64,000 bases of DNA from Salipiger bermudensis (GCA_964227855.1 CAXQWT010000040.1:2548-66547); one strand, 5' to 3'. Counted from the first letter of the stretch, positions 38,426 to 49,753 are shown. The notes: generated from the sequence alone by a model not told the origin. Translations and numbers: made by a program.

Positions 38426-40624
38426 TCAATACTCAAGGAATTTGGCAAGGATATCGACTCCAGATTGGCTTCCAACCGATTCCGGATGGAACTGGACTCC
38501 AAAGACTGAGGCATCAGTAGAATGCAATCCCATAACCAACGATTTTGTGTCATCGGTCGCATCCACGACGATGGTGGGATGGTTATCAAGATCGGCTGTT
38601 AACAGCGTCAATGAATTGTATCTCGTCATTTCGATGTCCTCTGCATTTTGGAACAAACCTTCCCCATTATGAATACATTTGACAGGCGTACCATGGACCG
38701 GCCCAATCGGGCTCGGGACCAACTCCAAACCTGATGCCAATCCTATCGCTTGGTGTCCAAGGCAAATCCCAAGAAGCGGGGGAGTTTTTCCCTGAAGCGA
38801 TAATGATGCAAATTCCATCGTAAGTTGACTATCCTGTGGCCATCCAGGCCCTGGACCGAGGATGATGTGAGAAGGCTGCAATTTGTCAATGAGATGCTGC
38901 GCAGAAGATTGCACAGGATTTCGTCCTGAAATGATGTTTACATGATGACCAAGCCCGCATACACTGTGAGCGATGTTGTAGGTAAATGAGTCCAGATTAT
39001 CGATCAGAAGAACTGCGTTCTTTTCGAATGAATCGGTATGTATAGCGGTTGAAACCTGGTGGTTGCTCTGTTCGTTCTCGAGAGGCAGAGGGTGTATTGT
39101 GAGACTCTTGACGGAGTTGGATGGACTAGCCGCATCGAGCCAACCACATGATCGCAGGAGGGCATTTGCTTTCCATTTCGCTTCTGCAACTTCCGATTTT
39201 GGATTTGATTCAATGGTGATTCCACCACCTGCAGTTACACGAGAGTGCCAACGTTCGCCCCGTTTTCGAAGTTCTGCTGTTCGAATCAGGATGTTCCATG
39301 ATGAATTGTTTGTTGAAGGGTCGAACCACCCCATCGATCCTGTCCAAAATGAGCGCGGTTGACGTTCCAACTCATCGATTGCAGCACAAACGACTGTCCT
39401 TGGGCACCCTGTAATCGAACCGCCCGGAAACACATTCTCAATGGAATCAAAGACGTCAATATTTTCACTCAGGCGGCCCTTAATTCGAGAAACGAGATGC
39501 TGCACCTCTGCATAAGCCTCCACATCAAATCGCTCAACCCATACTTGATTTGGTTGCGATATTCGGCCAACATCGTTACGCATTAAGTCGACAAGCATTC
39601 GATGTTCTGCACGTTCTTTTCGATCTGAAATCATATCTTCGCGTAGAAGTGATTCCTCAGCTTCCGACGCACCTCGAGGAGCAGTTCCTTTGATCGGTGC
39701 AGTTGTGATGACCCCGTCTTTCGTGGAGAGAAGCGATTCAGGAGATGCTGATACAAGTGCAAAAGCCTCATCCTTCATGTGAAGGAAACCTGAGTATGGG
39801 GCGGGATTTGATGATATGGAATGTGAGAAAACATCCCATGGCTCGGATTCAATTTCTCCGCTCCAAGAGCGACCGTAATTCAACTGGTATAATTGGCCAT
39901 CAACAATCGCTGATTGAACGCGTTTTACAATCTCTTCATGCTCTTCATCGGTGCAATTTGACATTGGCTTCTCACTGAGTTTCACTTCGGTTGACTTATG
40001 TTCCATTGTATTGCTTTCTAGACACTTCTGAACGTTCTGTTGCCACTTCGCATCGGTAGAAAGAATGATGATGGAATCATCGTTTTTGTCATGAACAACG
40101 CACCGATTAATTTCCCACAATATGCATAACAACTCATCTTCTCTAGGCAAGTGTTGCAATCGAAGAGGTTGCGTTAATTGTAACAAATCATATGCGAATG
40201 CTCCCGCCCAGAATGGACCATTGAACGGAATTGATTCGGGAACGTGCATATGAAAGGTTGAATCACTTTTCGAGCAGACCTGCCTTAATCCACGAGCGAG
40301 GGACGTTTCAGTTGCCGAAAAATCCGTTTCCCACTGAGCCCCATTCCACGTTTCGCGTTGAAACAAGAACGCGCTCCCTTCTTCCAGTTTTGTTTCGCCA
40401 GAAAGGGGGGAGTGATCTTCTGCGGCGCTCAAAACATCTCTTGATGGTTGACGTAAAGTAACCCTGCGCATGGGCGGTCCGCACAGCAATGAGAACTGTG
40501 AGAGATGACTCATTGGGCCCGCTGATAGCAACATCAATTCATCAGGTGCACCATAGAGATGCGCATCTTCTCCAAGAAGTCCGCTTTCCATCAACTGATG
40601 ACGAACTGACTGAAAATCCTTCAT
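38426..40624 (-). CDS. pabB: Aminodeoxychorismate synthase, PabB-PabA fusion
   Basis: Chorismate-binding domain (YQLN, SASPE, PIKGT, EHRMLVDLMRND, FPGGSITG) fused to a class I GATase (IDNLDSFTYN, GPGPG, LGICLGHQ, QFHPES). PIKGT with Lys indicates PabB rather than TrpE. Confidence 0.85.
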   Translation of the reverse strand: MKDFQSVRHQLMESGLLGEDAHLYGAPDELMLLSAGPMSHLSQFSLLCGPPMRRVTLRQPSRDVLSAAEDHSPLSGETKLEEGSAFLFQRETWNGAQWETDFSATETSLARGLRQVCSKSDSTFHMHVPESIPFNGPFWAGAFAYDLLQLTQPLRLQHLPREDELLCILWEINRCVVHDKNDDSIIILSTDAKWQQNVQKCLESNTMEHKSTEVKLSEKPMSNCTDEEHEEIVKRVQSAIVDGQLYQLNYGRSWSGEIESEPWDVFSHSISSNPAPYSGFLHMKDEAFALVSASPESLLSTKDGVITTAPIKGTAPRGASEAEESLLREDMISDRKERAEHRMLVDLMRNDVGRISQPNQVWVERFDVEAYAEVQHLVSRIKGRLSENIDVFDSIENVFPGGSITGCPRTVVCAAIDELERQPRSFWTGSMGWFDPSTNNSSWNILIRTAELRKRGERWHSRVTAGGGITIESNPKSEVAEAKWKANALLRSCGWLDAASPSNSVKSLTIHPLPLENEQSNHQVSTAIHTDSFEKNAVLLIDNLDSFTYNIAHSVCGLGHHVNIISGRNPVQSSAQHLIDKLQPSHIILGPGPGWPQDSQLTMEFASLSLQGKTPPLLGICLGHQAIGLASGLELVPSPIGPVHGTPVKCIHNGEGLFQNAEDIEMTRYNSLTLLTADLDNHPTIVVDATDDTKSLVMGLHSTDASVFGVQFHPESVGSQSGVDILAKFLEY

Positions 40625-41379
40625 CACCAGACCCCCTCCCAATTCTCAGGATTGGAGTGGATTTCTTCGAATGCTGAGGAACAGAATTCAAACAATTGAG
40701 AACTCTCATCTCCGATTGGTTCACCGTCAATCGAATCAATTTTCAAAACTCCAACGCCGCTACCGACAGCAACGGCTTCCACACAACGAGCAACAAGCCT
40801 TTCGTTCAACTTTCCTTGCTGAATATGGTACCCCTCGCTCAGTAACGGGCTACGGAGAGCCTCGAAAGTAACGGATTCAACAGAATATCTCGAATCACTG
40901 ATCCAAATGATTCCATCTTCGTCCAAGATGAATGGTGAGCAACGATCGGCATCAACGATTGAGTATTCATGTACCATGAGTGCTAGATCCGCGCCCGTTT
41001 CTTCAGCAAGTTTCCGAGCCTCAAGGTAAGCATCCCATGCTCCATGTTTGGTTCCAGCAATTCGAGTTGGCCATACGGGGCTCGGAACAGTTACTGCATC
41101 GACTTGTTCATTTTGAAGCGAAAATGGCCTGTATGCAACATTGATTTGGGAGGCTTTCGTACATTCTATCCGTAGGAGACCTTCACCCAACTCAGGGGGG
41201 CTTTCTCTAAGGTGATACAAAATTGCATCCCGGTTGATGTTTGAGACATCAATTTTCAATCTTGTAGCATGTTCAATCAGGCGAAGAAGATGCCGCTCAA
41301 ACAAAAACAGACCATGTTCCTGAGAGAACCTCATCGTTGTAAAAACGGACGAGCGAGGGCCTTTGGTAACCTCGCCCAT
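40624..41379 (-). CDS. pabC: Class IV aminotransferase-like protein, probable 4-amino-4-deoxychorismate lyase
   Basis: VFTTMR, HLLRL and GTKH (PLP Lys); translationally coupled (TGATG) to pabB-pabA. Confidence 0.7.
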   Translation of the reverse strand: MGEVTKGPRSSVFTTMRFSQEHGLFLFERHLLRLIEHATRLKIDVSNINRDAILYHLRESPPELGEGLLRIECTKASQINVAYRPFSLQNEQVDAVTVPSPVWPTRIAGTKHGAWDAYLEARKLAEETGADLALMVHEYSIVDADRCSPFILDEDGIIWISDSRYSVESVTFEALRSPLLSEGYHIQQGKLNERLVARCVEAVAVGSGVGVLKIDSIDGEPIGDESSQLFEFCSSAFEEIHSNPENWEGVW

Positions 41380-41418
41380 GACAAGTCCTTGACCCACTAT
41401 GCCTTGAGCATCACGGTA

Positions 41419-44400
41419 TCACAACAAGTCGTCAAGGAACGATGTGTCGATACCTGAACTGGTTTTTTCTTGAGGCGTTCCGATGTCTAGGTCGTTGAGG
41501 AGGCTCTCATCAATCGGTGTTCGGACGGGATTCATTACTGGCCTTGGGGCAACGTATTGCTCTCGACCAATATCTTGAGATTCAATTCGTTCAGCAGCTC
41601 TGAAGAGAGATTCTGCCTGTACAGGTGTTGTCGGCGGTGGTGGAGGCACGTTGGACTGTGGGGGGTTGTCCCATGAATCATCACTGATCCCCCATGTGGC
41701 TGTTTGAATCTCCCATTCCTTTTCCTTCTGATTTCTGTTGCCACGTCCTCGAACAATAGCAAGCAAGAGGAAGAGTGAGAGTACAACAAGACCAGCCGCA
41801 AGGAGGTTTGGAGTGGTTAACAGCGATTCAAGGTTGTTTTCAGAATTCGTTTCTTCAGTAACCTGATTTGAAGCATCGACGGAGTTGATCTTCTTTGCAT
41901 CCACGGATTTTCGCACTTCGTTTTCATCAAATGTCGTTACCGAAATAAACCAATCCGACGAATTGACAAGGTCGGGGAATACTGTTGCAGAGATAACAAA
42001 TGAGTTAGCAGTTCGGGTTTCACCAACGAACGTAGCATCCGATATGTCCATGAAATCTTCTGAATTGATGTGTATCTGGTATCCCTTCACATCCAAATCG
42101 TTGGAGTGATTCCATGTGACAAGAATGTCAGTCTCCTCGACCCAAGTCAGTGTAATGCCATCGATGCTTGGTAGGTAATTACCAGGGTCCGTCACCCCAT
42201 CATCAATGGATTGAGAGGATACGACTGTCAGATCGGTCTTGATGGAATTTCCAGAGGACTCGACAGGTACGACAGCCACCCATGTTTCTTGTCCTGCAAG
42301 AACTGGTAAGTCTCCAGCCAAGGTTGAGATTGTGAACGGAAGGTCAGGATTTCTCTCAAGAGTTGCGATTGGTTCGTTTGGACCATCCGCACCTACGCCA
42401 ACACTGGTAAACGACCAAGATGCTGCATATACTTGATATTGATCAACGTCACTGGCTTCTGAGAGTTCAAAGTCAAGAAGAAGTGCAGAACCATCGTCCA
42501 TTGGTCGATCCGATAGGCTAACGTTGTCCAAACGCGGCGGCGGTGTTGTATCTTCGAAGTTGTTGATGGGTACAACGCTAGCAGAGAGCAAGGAATCCGT
42601 GTATACGTTACCTTGAAGATCGTGAACGGTTACTGTCACAAACAATTCAATTCCAGGCTTGATCAATTGTGGCGTATCGGCAGGCCCAAACTGATCTGTC
42701 TGTGTTCCGACACCATAGAGTGCAGTATTCAGTGTCAGTTCGATTGGGTTCTTGTCTTCATCAATCCATTGCTTATCGATGACAATACATCCACAAGTAG
42801 CTGAATCATCACCGTACATGTTCCAGAGGTAACTGACATCTTCAACAGGCTTGTCTGCTGCCCATACGATGTATTTACTGAAATCACCAGCATCTGAAAT
42901 GGACCAAACAACGTCGATTGCAGTTCCATCATCATCTGGATGATCGTATGCTTGGATGTTTTCAATTCGGTTTGGAGGCATTGCTGCACCGTTTGAGTTG
43001 TCAATCGGAGTGGCGGTAACAATCTCTACGTCATTGAGGTTACCATTTAGCCATGTATCAAATGCAACAACACCGATGTAGTATTCTAAATTATTAACGA
43101 GTGGAAGGTCATCAAGTTGTGAAACGATGGTTGTATTGTCATCGCAGTTGTTAACGATGGTTGACTCTGAGAAACCTGCAACTGAGGACGGATAGGTCGT
43201 AAATACAACACCAGTGATCATGTAAACGACGTAGTAAGCGCAATCGCTAGCATCGCTTGCGTCCCATCCGACCGTGATTCGACCACCTTCATCATCTGGG
43301 GTGTCAATGGCCCATACATTTTCCAGCTTTGCTGGCGCTAAACCATCATCAACGCCACCTGTTGGCACCACTGGGCCAATAATTGTAGCATTCATGATGT
43401 CTTCTTGTCCGGTCAAATCAACACACGTAAATCCGAGCCAGTACGGTTTACCAGGTTCGAGGTTGAGGATAGTTGTGTTTCCTTCAGTCGGCAAAACCGA
43501 GGCTTCGACGTTGAGGCCGAGAATATTTGTCATTGCTTGAGACGATGCGTAAATGCGAGTTTCGAGGAGGTCAAGAGCGGTACAACGCGCCCATTCGGTC
43601 TCTAAATCACCTGCAACACCGCCGCTCAGAGGCTGAGCAGTTGCCCATTTCGGCGGAGTGGGAACTTCATTGCTTGTCGTCACAGGGCCAAAGACCTGAC
43701 TTGGTAGCCCGTATCGACCGTTGTTGTACTCGACAACAACGAGAGCATAGTAATCGACTCCATCCACGAGCGGAACCCCATTCGCTGTGGTAACATCTGC
43801 CTTCAATCGGCTATGAATTGATTCGGACTTGTCGATGATTCGTCCGACGAGATCGATGTCTGTTGGAAGACCAGTCCATGGTTGATCGCTGACGTAAACG
43901 AGGTATCGACTGAAATCAGGGTCATGAACCAACGTCCATTCAACTGTGAGTGTTTCGCCACCGTCGTCTGGTCGGTCGTACATATCTGAAATTTCGACAG
44001 GTGTGTCTAAGCGAACCCAATCGTAGGTTAATCGAACTTCTATTGACCCGTTCGTAGGTGCGATGAGCTTGACTGGAACAAATCGAGTACCGTTGATCAG
44101 TTGGCCGTTGTTGATGGCGAGTTGGAGTCCATCTTCAACACCAGTAGTGTTGTCAAGTTCAAGCACCGCATCGTATCTCAACGTCGTAGATTTAGCCCAG
44201 ACTGCGGCATTGGAGACCGGCGAGGTCATGATGAGTGGTACGGTTTGGAACAACAACCCATGGATGCCAGCTTGTCCGACTGAATTGTCAAGTTCGACAG
44301 GGCTGTTTGGAGTAACGAGGTCAATTCTGTATCCAGGATGAGTCATGTTCGAGATGTCCATGTATTGAGAGTTGAATCCAATATTGAGTGGATTCGCATA

Positions 44401-47400
44401 GCGAGAAGTTTGGCTTTCCATCTCATCAAAGGCGGTTGCTGGCGTCCAACCGCGAAGGCCTGCGTCACTGGTGGTTAACCAGAATCCATTCGCACCAACA
44501 GCAACGTTGGTTGGATTTCGGATTGTTGCCGACTTTACACTGGAATGCGATGCAGTATGTGCTTCAACGATGGTCATTGCATTCAAGCCCATGAGCATGA
44601 GGTGGGTTCCATCACTGCTCATTCTGTAAATCGGCCATGATGGTATCTGAGAACCCGACAAACCATCTTCAAACTCATTTGACAAACCATCAAAGTGTAT
44701 CATTGGTCCAACATCGGTTGCAATGTGCAATCCTGCATAATCAGAAGCAACGGCCGTCACGTAATTTGAAGGTAATTGATCGAAGCGGTGTGTTTCAATG
44801 ACTGCATTGTTGGAGGAATCCATTATCGAAGCACCAGGGCGCTCTGATCCCGCCCCATCATGTCCTAGAATCAGGTTGTACGATCCGCTGATACCCGGTG
44901 GTGAATAGGTTTCAATTGACCACACAGAATTACCGAGTAAACCATCTGCGCTTGAATTGGTTGTGATTGCACCGGTTGTTGGGATGTACTGTGTCAGTCC
45001 ACTGGCGGATGCGATGTAAAGTGTGTTTGAGATGAACTTGATGTCTTCGATGTTTGAAGATGGTAGCCCGTCTGCAGTAGTTAGCGGGTTGTCCCAGTCA
45101 TCCGCAGAGATGTTCCATCGGCCAATACCGTTCTGTGTTGCAACGTAGACGTGGTCGTTCGAGAAAGCAAATCCTTGGATGTTATCAGATGGAAGGCCTG
45201 AGAGAAGTTGGCCACCTCCAAATTGTTGGGTTGAGATATCGAATGATTGCACTCCAGCAGCCGTTGAGAATGTGCCAAGTAATCCGATGTAAAGAGTTGA
45301 CACTCCGTTGGATTGGTGCATGTCCATGCCTCCGAGGCTGTTGTGAATCGAACCGGTTTGCCGCTGTAAAACGCCAGTCGTTGCATTGAGCGTATACATT
45401 CCACTTCCGGATGTTGTGATGTAGATGGTCGTCCCATCCATGAGCATGTCTTCAATTGAAGCGAAGACTGGTAGAGACCATCCCTCTTCCCAATCAATTC
45501 CTCCGCTGCTGTTGAATGTACCTTGTAGAATTCCAGCGGAGCCTTGTCCTCCCCCGTTCCCTGTTGTCGCCGCAGATTCTGTCGCGACCCAGATCTTGGA
45601 ACCATCACTCACCATTGAACGAACATTCCCACTTACCAAAGCAGGCAACTCAAATGCAGTGTAGAGGCCTGAACTGCCAAGAACGTCGACTCGAGAGTAG
45701 CCGCTTGCTGCGCCTGCCTGGCCAATGAGCCACTCAGTTCCTGTATGTTGAATTGAGGTTACAGGGGTTCCTATGCGTTGGATACTCGCCTGACCTGAGA
45801 TGGCGCCAAGTGTTGAAATGATTGCAAATCCACCGCCCTCATCGTAACCAATCATGAGTTTGCCATTGGCGTAATTCATAGCATCGAGCCACATTGGGTC
45901 TTCAGGAAGATTGTTTGAAGCGGTGGTTAGCTTCGACATCCAAGCACCTGTGGATGTATCGTATTTGGAAATCCCTTGATTGGAGGCATCGTATCCAACA
46001 TACAGCGTATCGGCAGTATCGCATGCAACAGCAGCAACTCGGCCGTTGCTTAGCACTGATGTGGTGAATGAACCCTGTACGGAGGAACTGTTGAGGTCCA
46101 TGTACGTCACGCCACCATTGTTGTTGAACAACCCGATGTAGAGATAGGAGCCGCATTGGCTCATGGAAAGAGGATAACCGTTTGGGACGCCATTTTGTCC
46201 GGTGTTGAAGGTCGACCATGTTGTACTTGAACCATCAAGATGGCCTACAACACCTCGTTGGAAACCTCCCCAACCTGTGAAAGTTGCAGAGCCAACAACC
46301 AGATGGTTTCCATCAGTCCAAAGTTCACCGACCCAATCGCCCATATTGCTTGGCAATCCATTTCCGGCCGTCCATGTCGATTGCCATGAGAAGGATGTTT
46401 CATTGAATCGTTCAACTCCATCCTCGGTTGCAAACAATATGAGGCCATCGTATTCGACGATTTCTCGAATTGGGAATTCAAGGTTATCCCAGAATCCAAG
46501 TTTGGTCCCGCTTGGGCTGTAGACTTCAAGTCCAATGTCGCCCCAAGAGATCCACGTGTGGCCGCTCGAAGATTCAAACGCTGTAACCCGGTCAACCTGA
46601 CCTGATGGTAGAACAGATGTGTTCCATGTGCTTGATGGTAGGTCATATTGAACGATGCCGCCGCTTCCATCTTGATTCCACCATTGACCCGAGACAACAC
46701 TCGCCAGTAAGGTGTCACCAATGATTTCCAGACCAACAACGTCACCCCCATTCTCACCTATTCGTTGTCCAGCATCGAGTGGGGTGATGGCGGTAAAGTT
46801 TGCAACATCGATACCATAGATGCTGTCGCTTGAGGTTCCCTGATGGTAATACATGGTGTATCCATACATGGTCAAATCGTACGGATTTCCGTTACCAGAA
46901 TAGAGTGAGTTTGATTTTTCGATGTCGTAGAATTCAGTGCCATTGGCTGTTCCGAGGAGTTGGAACCCATCTTGTCCTCCAATCCAAACATAGCCTTGAC
47001 GTATGTCGGCAACGATACCTGTAACCACTTCATTTCCATTGTCGAGAACGTTATCGTCAGTCCAAGTCGTGAGCCATTGACTGTTTGTAATGTCCCAACG
47101 AGCAACTCCAATTCCAGTTAATCCGATGTAAGCGACATCGTCGATCACTTCGACAACAGCACCCGAGGTTGTTGCTGTTGCTTCCCACTCATCATCGACT
47201 GTAAAGCTGCTTTTGTCAATGAGTCCAACGCCACTAAAGGTTCCGCCAAAGATTGTGGTGCTGTTAGCCCCTACAGCATAGGTTGCCCAGTTTGGCATAC
47301 CGTCGTAGACGTTGAGACAGTCATCGATTGCGCCTGTGCTTGGCGAGTAACGGCACACTCCAATGTTTGTGCCGGCATACATCCAACTCCCATCGAGTTC

Positions 47401-49695
47401 GAAATCAAAGTGTTGAGAAGGCCTTCGAGTCCAATCACTGCCTGAGGTCGTTAGCCGACTCATCGTTGAACCATCCCAAATGAAACCACCAAGTTGTGTG
47501 CCGATCCAAAGATCGTTTCCATTCGCCTCAAGTGCGTAAACGGTGTTGCTTGTCATGATACTGTTGTCTGATGTGAGTGGCGTGAGTATTTCTCCAGTCG
47601 AGAGGTCTTTTCGTGCAACACCGTAGCCAGCGAGACCCATGTGGAGGACATCACCAACAACAGCCACGGGGGCATAATCGACACCGTTGACGCCGGTTGA
47701 GCCCCAGGCAGCAAGGAAGGTGTCGTTGCTGATGTCATAGCGTAGCAAACCTTCGTCTGAAGACCAATATCCGACACCGGCATATGTCGCAACTTGGCCG
47801 GTTAGGAGATAATCAGATGTGAGCAGTGTTGCAGAGCCAACTGCAGTTGAATCAACGTCTGCCCTGTATGCGGCGTACTCTTGGATAAAGAGAATCTGAC
47901 AACCACTGGTGGTGGTACAATCGCCAACAGCTGCAATGTCAACGATGTATTTTGAGTTTGAATCAGAGCTTGCACCTGCTGGTATGTTGGTTCGGATGGA
48001 TCCATTTTCAATGAGGAACAAACCATCGCCGAGGGTACCAGCGATGATTGTATCACCTGTGACGGCGAGAGATGTGACAGCATCACCTAGATTGATTGGA
48101 GTGAGCCAAACTGAGGAAGCAATGTCGAATCGGTCGATTGTTTCAGAAAAATAACCGGCAACGTAGAGGATTCCATTGTGTTCTAACGCATCCGTCAATG
48201 CAGGTGTTGATGGGCCACTTGCAAGAACAATTTCCTTGTTGACATTGCTTTGCATGCTTGCTTCAATGAGGACAATTCGCCCACCATCCGCTGCAACATG
48301 CATCATGGTTGATGGTGCACGCTCACCGCCAGGCGACCATGCAAACAGGGCGTTGTAGTCCGATTCACTCAGACCAGCATCGTTTAGAAGAATGGAAGAC
48401 CCAAAGACTCCAGTCGTCAAATTGTAACGAAGAAGTTGGTCACCGCTCATGATATGGAGCGTGTCTTGGAATGCTTTGATTCCTGAAACTTCATTGGAAG
48501 GAAGCCAATTTGCGTCACTCCATGTTGCCAACCAAAATCCAGAATTCCAATTGTATCTGGCAAGACCACTGTCGTCAGAAGCGAAGAGGAGCTGATTGCC
48601 TGCTGTTTCTATCGCAGTGATCTCGTTGCTGTGAAGGACATTGGCCGAACTCCAAACCGAGAGCGGTTGATTAGCGTTCAAATCGTATCTGCCAACTCCG
48701 TTATTCGTTGCAGCATACAGAATCCCGTTCTGCTCATGAAGGTCGTTGACTTCAGTGGATGAAGGCCAACTGTTAGAGGAAGCAGAAACAACTTGCGTCC
48801 AGACATTGGAGGCATCGAGTTCAAGGAGGGTACCGTCTCCTGTCATGGAGTAAATGCCTGAGGGGAGCACTTCGAAGAGAGCAATATCAAACCCTGCATC
48901 GGGGAGGCCATCACTGACGGTTCCATTGACGTGAGAGATGAGTTTGAACATTCCATTGGAGAAAGCAACGTGGAGATTGTTGTTTGGCCCAATGCCCATG
49001 CCGACAATTTCTGTATTGAGTTCGTCAAAATTGTAGAAGTCGATGAACGCCGGGTCGTTGTTTGCGTCAAGGACAAGGATTGTTGTACCACTTTGAAGGT
49101 ACAACTGGCCGTCCATTGGATGTTGAATTGCATCGTAAAGAGGAATGCTAACTGGGGTAAACGAAGTGATTGGGTCAACTGGAGCCAGTGCTTCAAAGGC
49201 AAGTTCTGTTATGACTGCATCTGAAGGGAGTGTCCACCCGGCTCCCGAAGCACTGTTGGGTGACAAGCGGTCTGAGTATGGATTCGCTCCATCAAAGGAA
49301 TCGGATGCGCCTAGTGTTCCAAGACCCCTCCAATCAAAGAGATTGACGCCGATATCGTTAGCAACGAGAAGTGGCTGATCAATCATCAACCCATTCGAAC
49401 CGTTCACATGGACTTGGAAGGATACGTTCGAGATCTCGGCACCAGGTGCGAATTCAAGCACCCAATCCGCCGTTGCTTGACTTGACAAGATCGGGTCTGC
49501 ACCAACGACTGCATCGAGTTGGACCCAACCCGTATCGTTGCTACCAGAAAGAGGCCAAGAGACGACATCATCGGCTTCATGTGCTGATGCAAGAGGTATG
49601 CCTGCGAGGGCTACAGACCACGAGGCAAGAAGCATGAGCATGGTCAAAAAGACGGCCTTGTTTTGACCGGCTCGGTTACCATAGCGGTTGCTCAT
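41419..49695 (-). CDS. Giant (2758 aa) surface protein: multiple beta-propellers, FN3-like repeats, C-terminal TM anchor
   Basis: Signal peptide; many G(V/L)xRYD and LPSNxV blade repeats (two-component-regulator-propeller type); repeats beginning DxPxDDG; TM LLAAGLVVLSLFLLLAIVRGR; Pro/acidic tail. Confidence 0.85.
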   Translation of the reverse strand: MSNRYGNRAGQNKAVFLTMLMLLASWSVALAGIPLASAHEADDVVSWPLSGSNDTGWVQLDAVVGADPILSSQATADWVLEFAPGAEISNVSFQVHVNGSNGLMIDQPLLVANDIGVNLFDWRGLGTLGASDSFDGANPYSDRLSPNSASGAGWTLPSDAVITELAFEALAPVDPITSFTPVSIPLYDAIQHPMDGQLYLQSGTTILVLDANNDPAFIDFYNFDELNTEIVGMGIGPNNNLHVAFSNGMFKLISHVNGTVSDGLPDAGFDIALFEVLPSGIYSMTGDGTLLELDASNVWTQVVSASSNSWPSSTEVNDLHEQNGILYAATNNGVGRYDLNANQPLSVWSSANVLHSNEITAIETAGNQLLFASDDSGLARYNWNSGFWLATWSDANWLPSNEVSGIKAFQDTLHIMSGDQLLRYNLTTGVFGSSILLNDAGLSESDYNALFAWSPGGERAPSTMMHVAADGGRIVLIEASMQSNVNKEIVLASGPSTPALTDALEHNGILYVAGYFSETIDRFDIASSVWLTPINLGDAVTSLAVTGDTIIAGTLGDGLFLIENGSIRTNIPAGASSDSNSKYIVDIAAVGDCTTTSGCQILFIQEYAAYRADVDSTAVGSATLLTSDYLLTGQVATYAGVGYWSSDEGLLRYDISNDTFLAAWGSTGVNGVDYAPVAVVGDVLHMGLAGYGVARKDLSTGEILTPLTSDNSIMTSNTVYALEANGNDLWIGTQLGGFIWDGSTMSRLTTSGSDWTRRPSQHFDFELDGSWMYAGTNIGVCRYSPSTGAIDDCLNVYDGMPNWATYAVGANSTTIFGGTFSGVGLIDKSSFTVDDEWEATATTSGAVVEVIDDVAYIGLTGIGVARWDITNSQWLTTWTDDNVLDNGNEVVTGIVADIRQGYVWIGGQDGFQLLGTANGTEFYDIEKSNSLYSGNGNPYDLTMYGYTMYYHQGTSSDSIYGIDVANFTAITPLDAGQRIGENGGDVVGLEIIGDTLLASVVSGQWWNQDGSGGIVQYDLPSSTWNTSVLPSGQVDRVTAFESSSGHTWISWGDIGLEVYSPSGTKLGFWDNLEFPIREIVEYDGLILFATEDGVERFNETSFSWQSTWTAGNGLPSNMGDWVGELWTDGNHLVVGSATFTGWGGFQRGVVGHLDGSSTTWSTFNTGQNGVPNGYPLSMSQCGSYLYIGLFNNNGGVTYMDLNSSSVQGSFTTSVLSNGRVAAVACDTADTLYVGYDASNQGISKYDTSTGAWMSKLTTASNNLPEDPMWLDAMNYANGKLMIGYDEGGGFAIISTLGAISGQASIQRIGTPVTSIQHTGTEWLIGQAGAASGYSRVDVLGSSGLYTAFELPALVSGNVRSMVSDGSKIWVATESAATTGNGGGQGSAGILQGTFNSSGGIDWEEGWSLPVFASIEDMLMDGTTIYITTSGSGMYTLNATTGVLQRQTGSIHNSLGGMDMHQSNGVSTLYIGLLGTFSTAAGVQSFDISTQQFGGGQLLSGLPSDNIQGFAFSNDHVYVATQNGIGRWNISADDWDNPLTTADGLPSSNIEDIKFISNTLYIASASGLTQYIPTTGAITTNSSADGLLGNSVWSIETYSPPGISGSYNLILGHDGAGSERPGASIMDSSNNAVIETHRFDQLPSNYVTAVASDYAGLHIATDVGPMIHFDGLSNEFEDGLSGSQIPSWPIYRMSSDGTHLMLMGLNAMTIVEAHTASHSSVKSATIRNPTNVAVGANGFWLTTSDAGLRGWTPATAFDEMESQTSRYANPLNIGFNSQYMDISNMTHPGYRIDLVTPNSPVELDNSVGQAGIHGLLFQTVPLIMTSPVSNAAVWAKSTTLRYDAVLELDNTTGVEDGLQLAINNGQLINGTRFVPVKLIAPTNGSIEVRLTYDWVRLDTPVEISDMYDRPDDGGETLTVEWTLVHDPDFSRYLVYVSDQPWTGLPTDIDLVGRIIDKSESIHSRLKADVTTANGVPLVDGVDYYALVVVEYNNGRYGLPSQVFGPVTTSNEVPTPPKWATAQPLSGGVAGDLETEWARCTALDLLETRIYASSQAMTNILGLNVEASVLPTEGNTTILNLEPGKPYWLGFTCVDLTGQEDIMNATIIGPVVPTGGVDDGLAPAKLENVWAIDTPDDEGGRITVGWDASDASDCAYYVVYMITGVVFTTYPSSVAGFSESTIVNNCDDNTTIVSQLDDLPLVNNLEYYIGVVAFDTWLNGNLNDVEIVTATPIDNSNGAAMPPNRIENIQAYDHPDDDGTAIDVVWSISDAGDFSKYIVWAADKPVEDVSYLWNMYGDDSATCGCIVIDKQWIDEDKNPIELTLNTALYGVGTQTDQFGPADTPQLIKPGIELFVTVTVHDLQGNVYTDSLLSASVVPINNFEDTTPPPRLDNVSLSDRPMDDGSALLLDFELSEASDVDQYQVYAASWSFTSVGVGADGPNEPIATLERNPDLPFTISTLAGDLPVLAGQETWVAVVPVESSGNSIKTDLTVVSSQSIDDGVTDPGNYLPSIDGITLTWVEETDILVTWNHSNDLDVKGYQIHINSEDFMDISDATFVGETRTANSFVISATVFPDLVNSSDWFISVTTFDENEVRKSVDAKKINSVDASNQVTEETNSENNLESLLTTPNLLAAGLVVLSLFLLLAIVRGRGNRNQKEKEWEIQTATWGISDDSWDNPPQSNVPPPPPTTPVQAESLFRAAERIESQDIGREQYVAPRPVMNPVRTPIDESLLNDLDIGTPQEKTSSGIDTSFLDDLL

Positions 49696-49753
49696 GAGGA
49701 CAATGCAATCACTTGACTACATAAAGGCCCTGTGTCGTTGACAGAACAACGCA

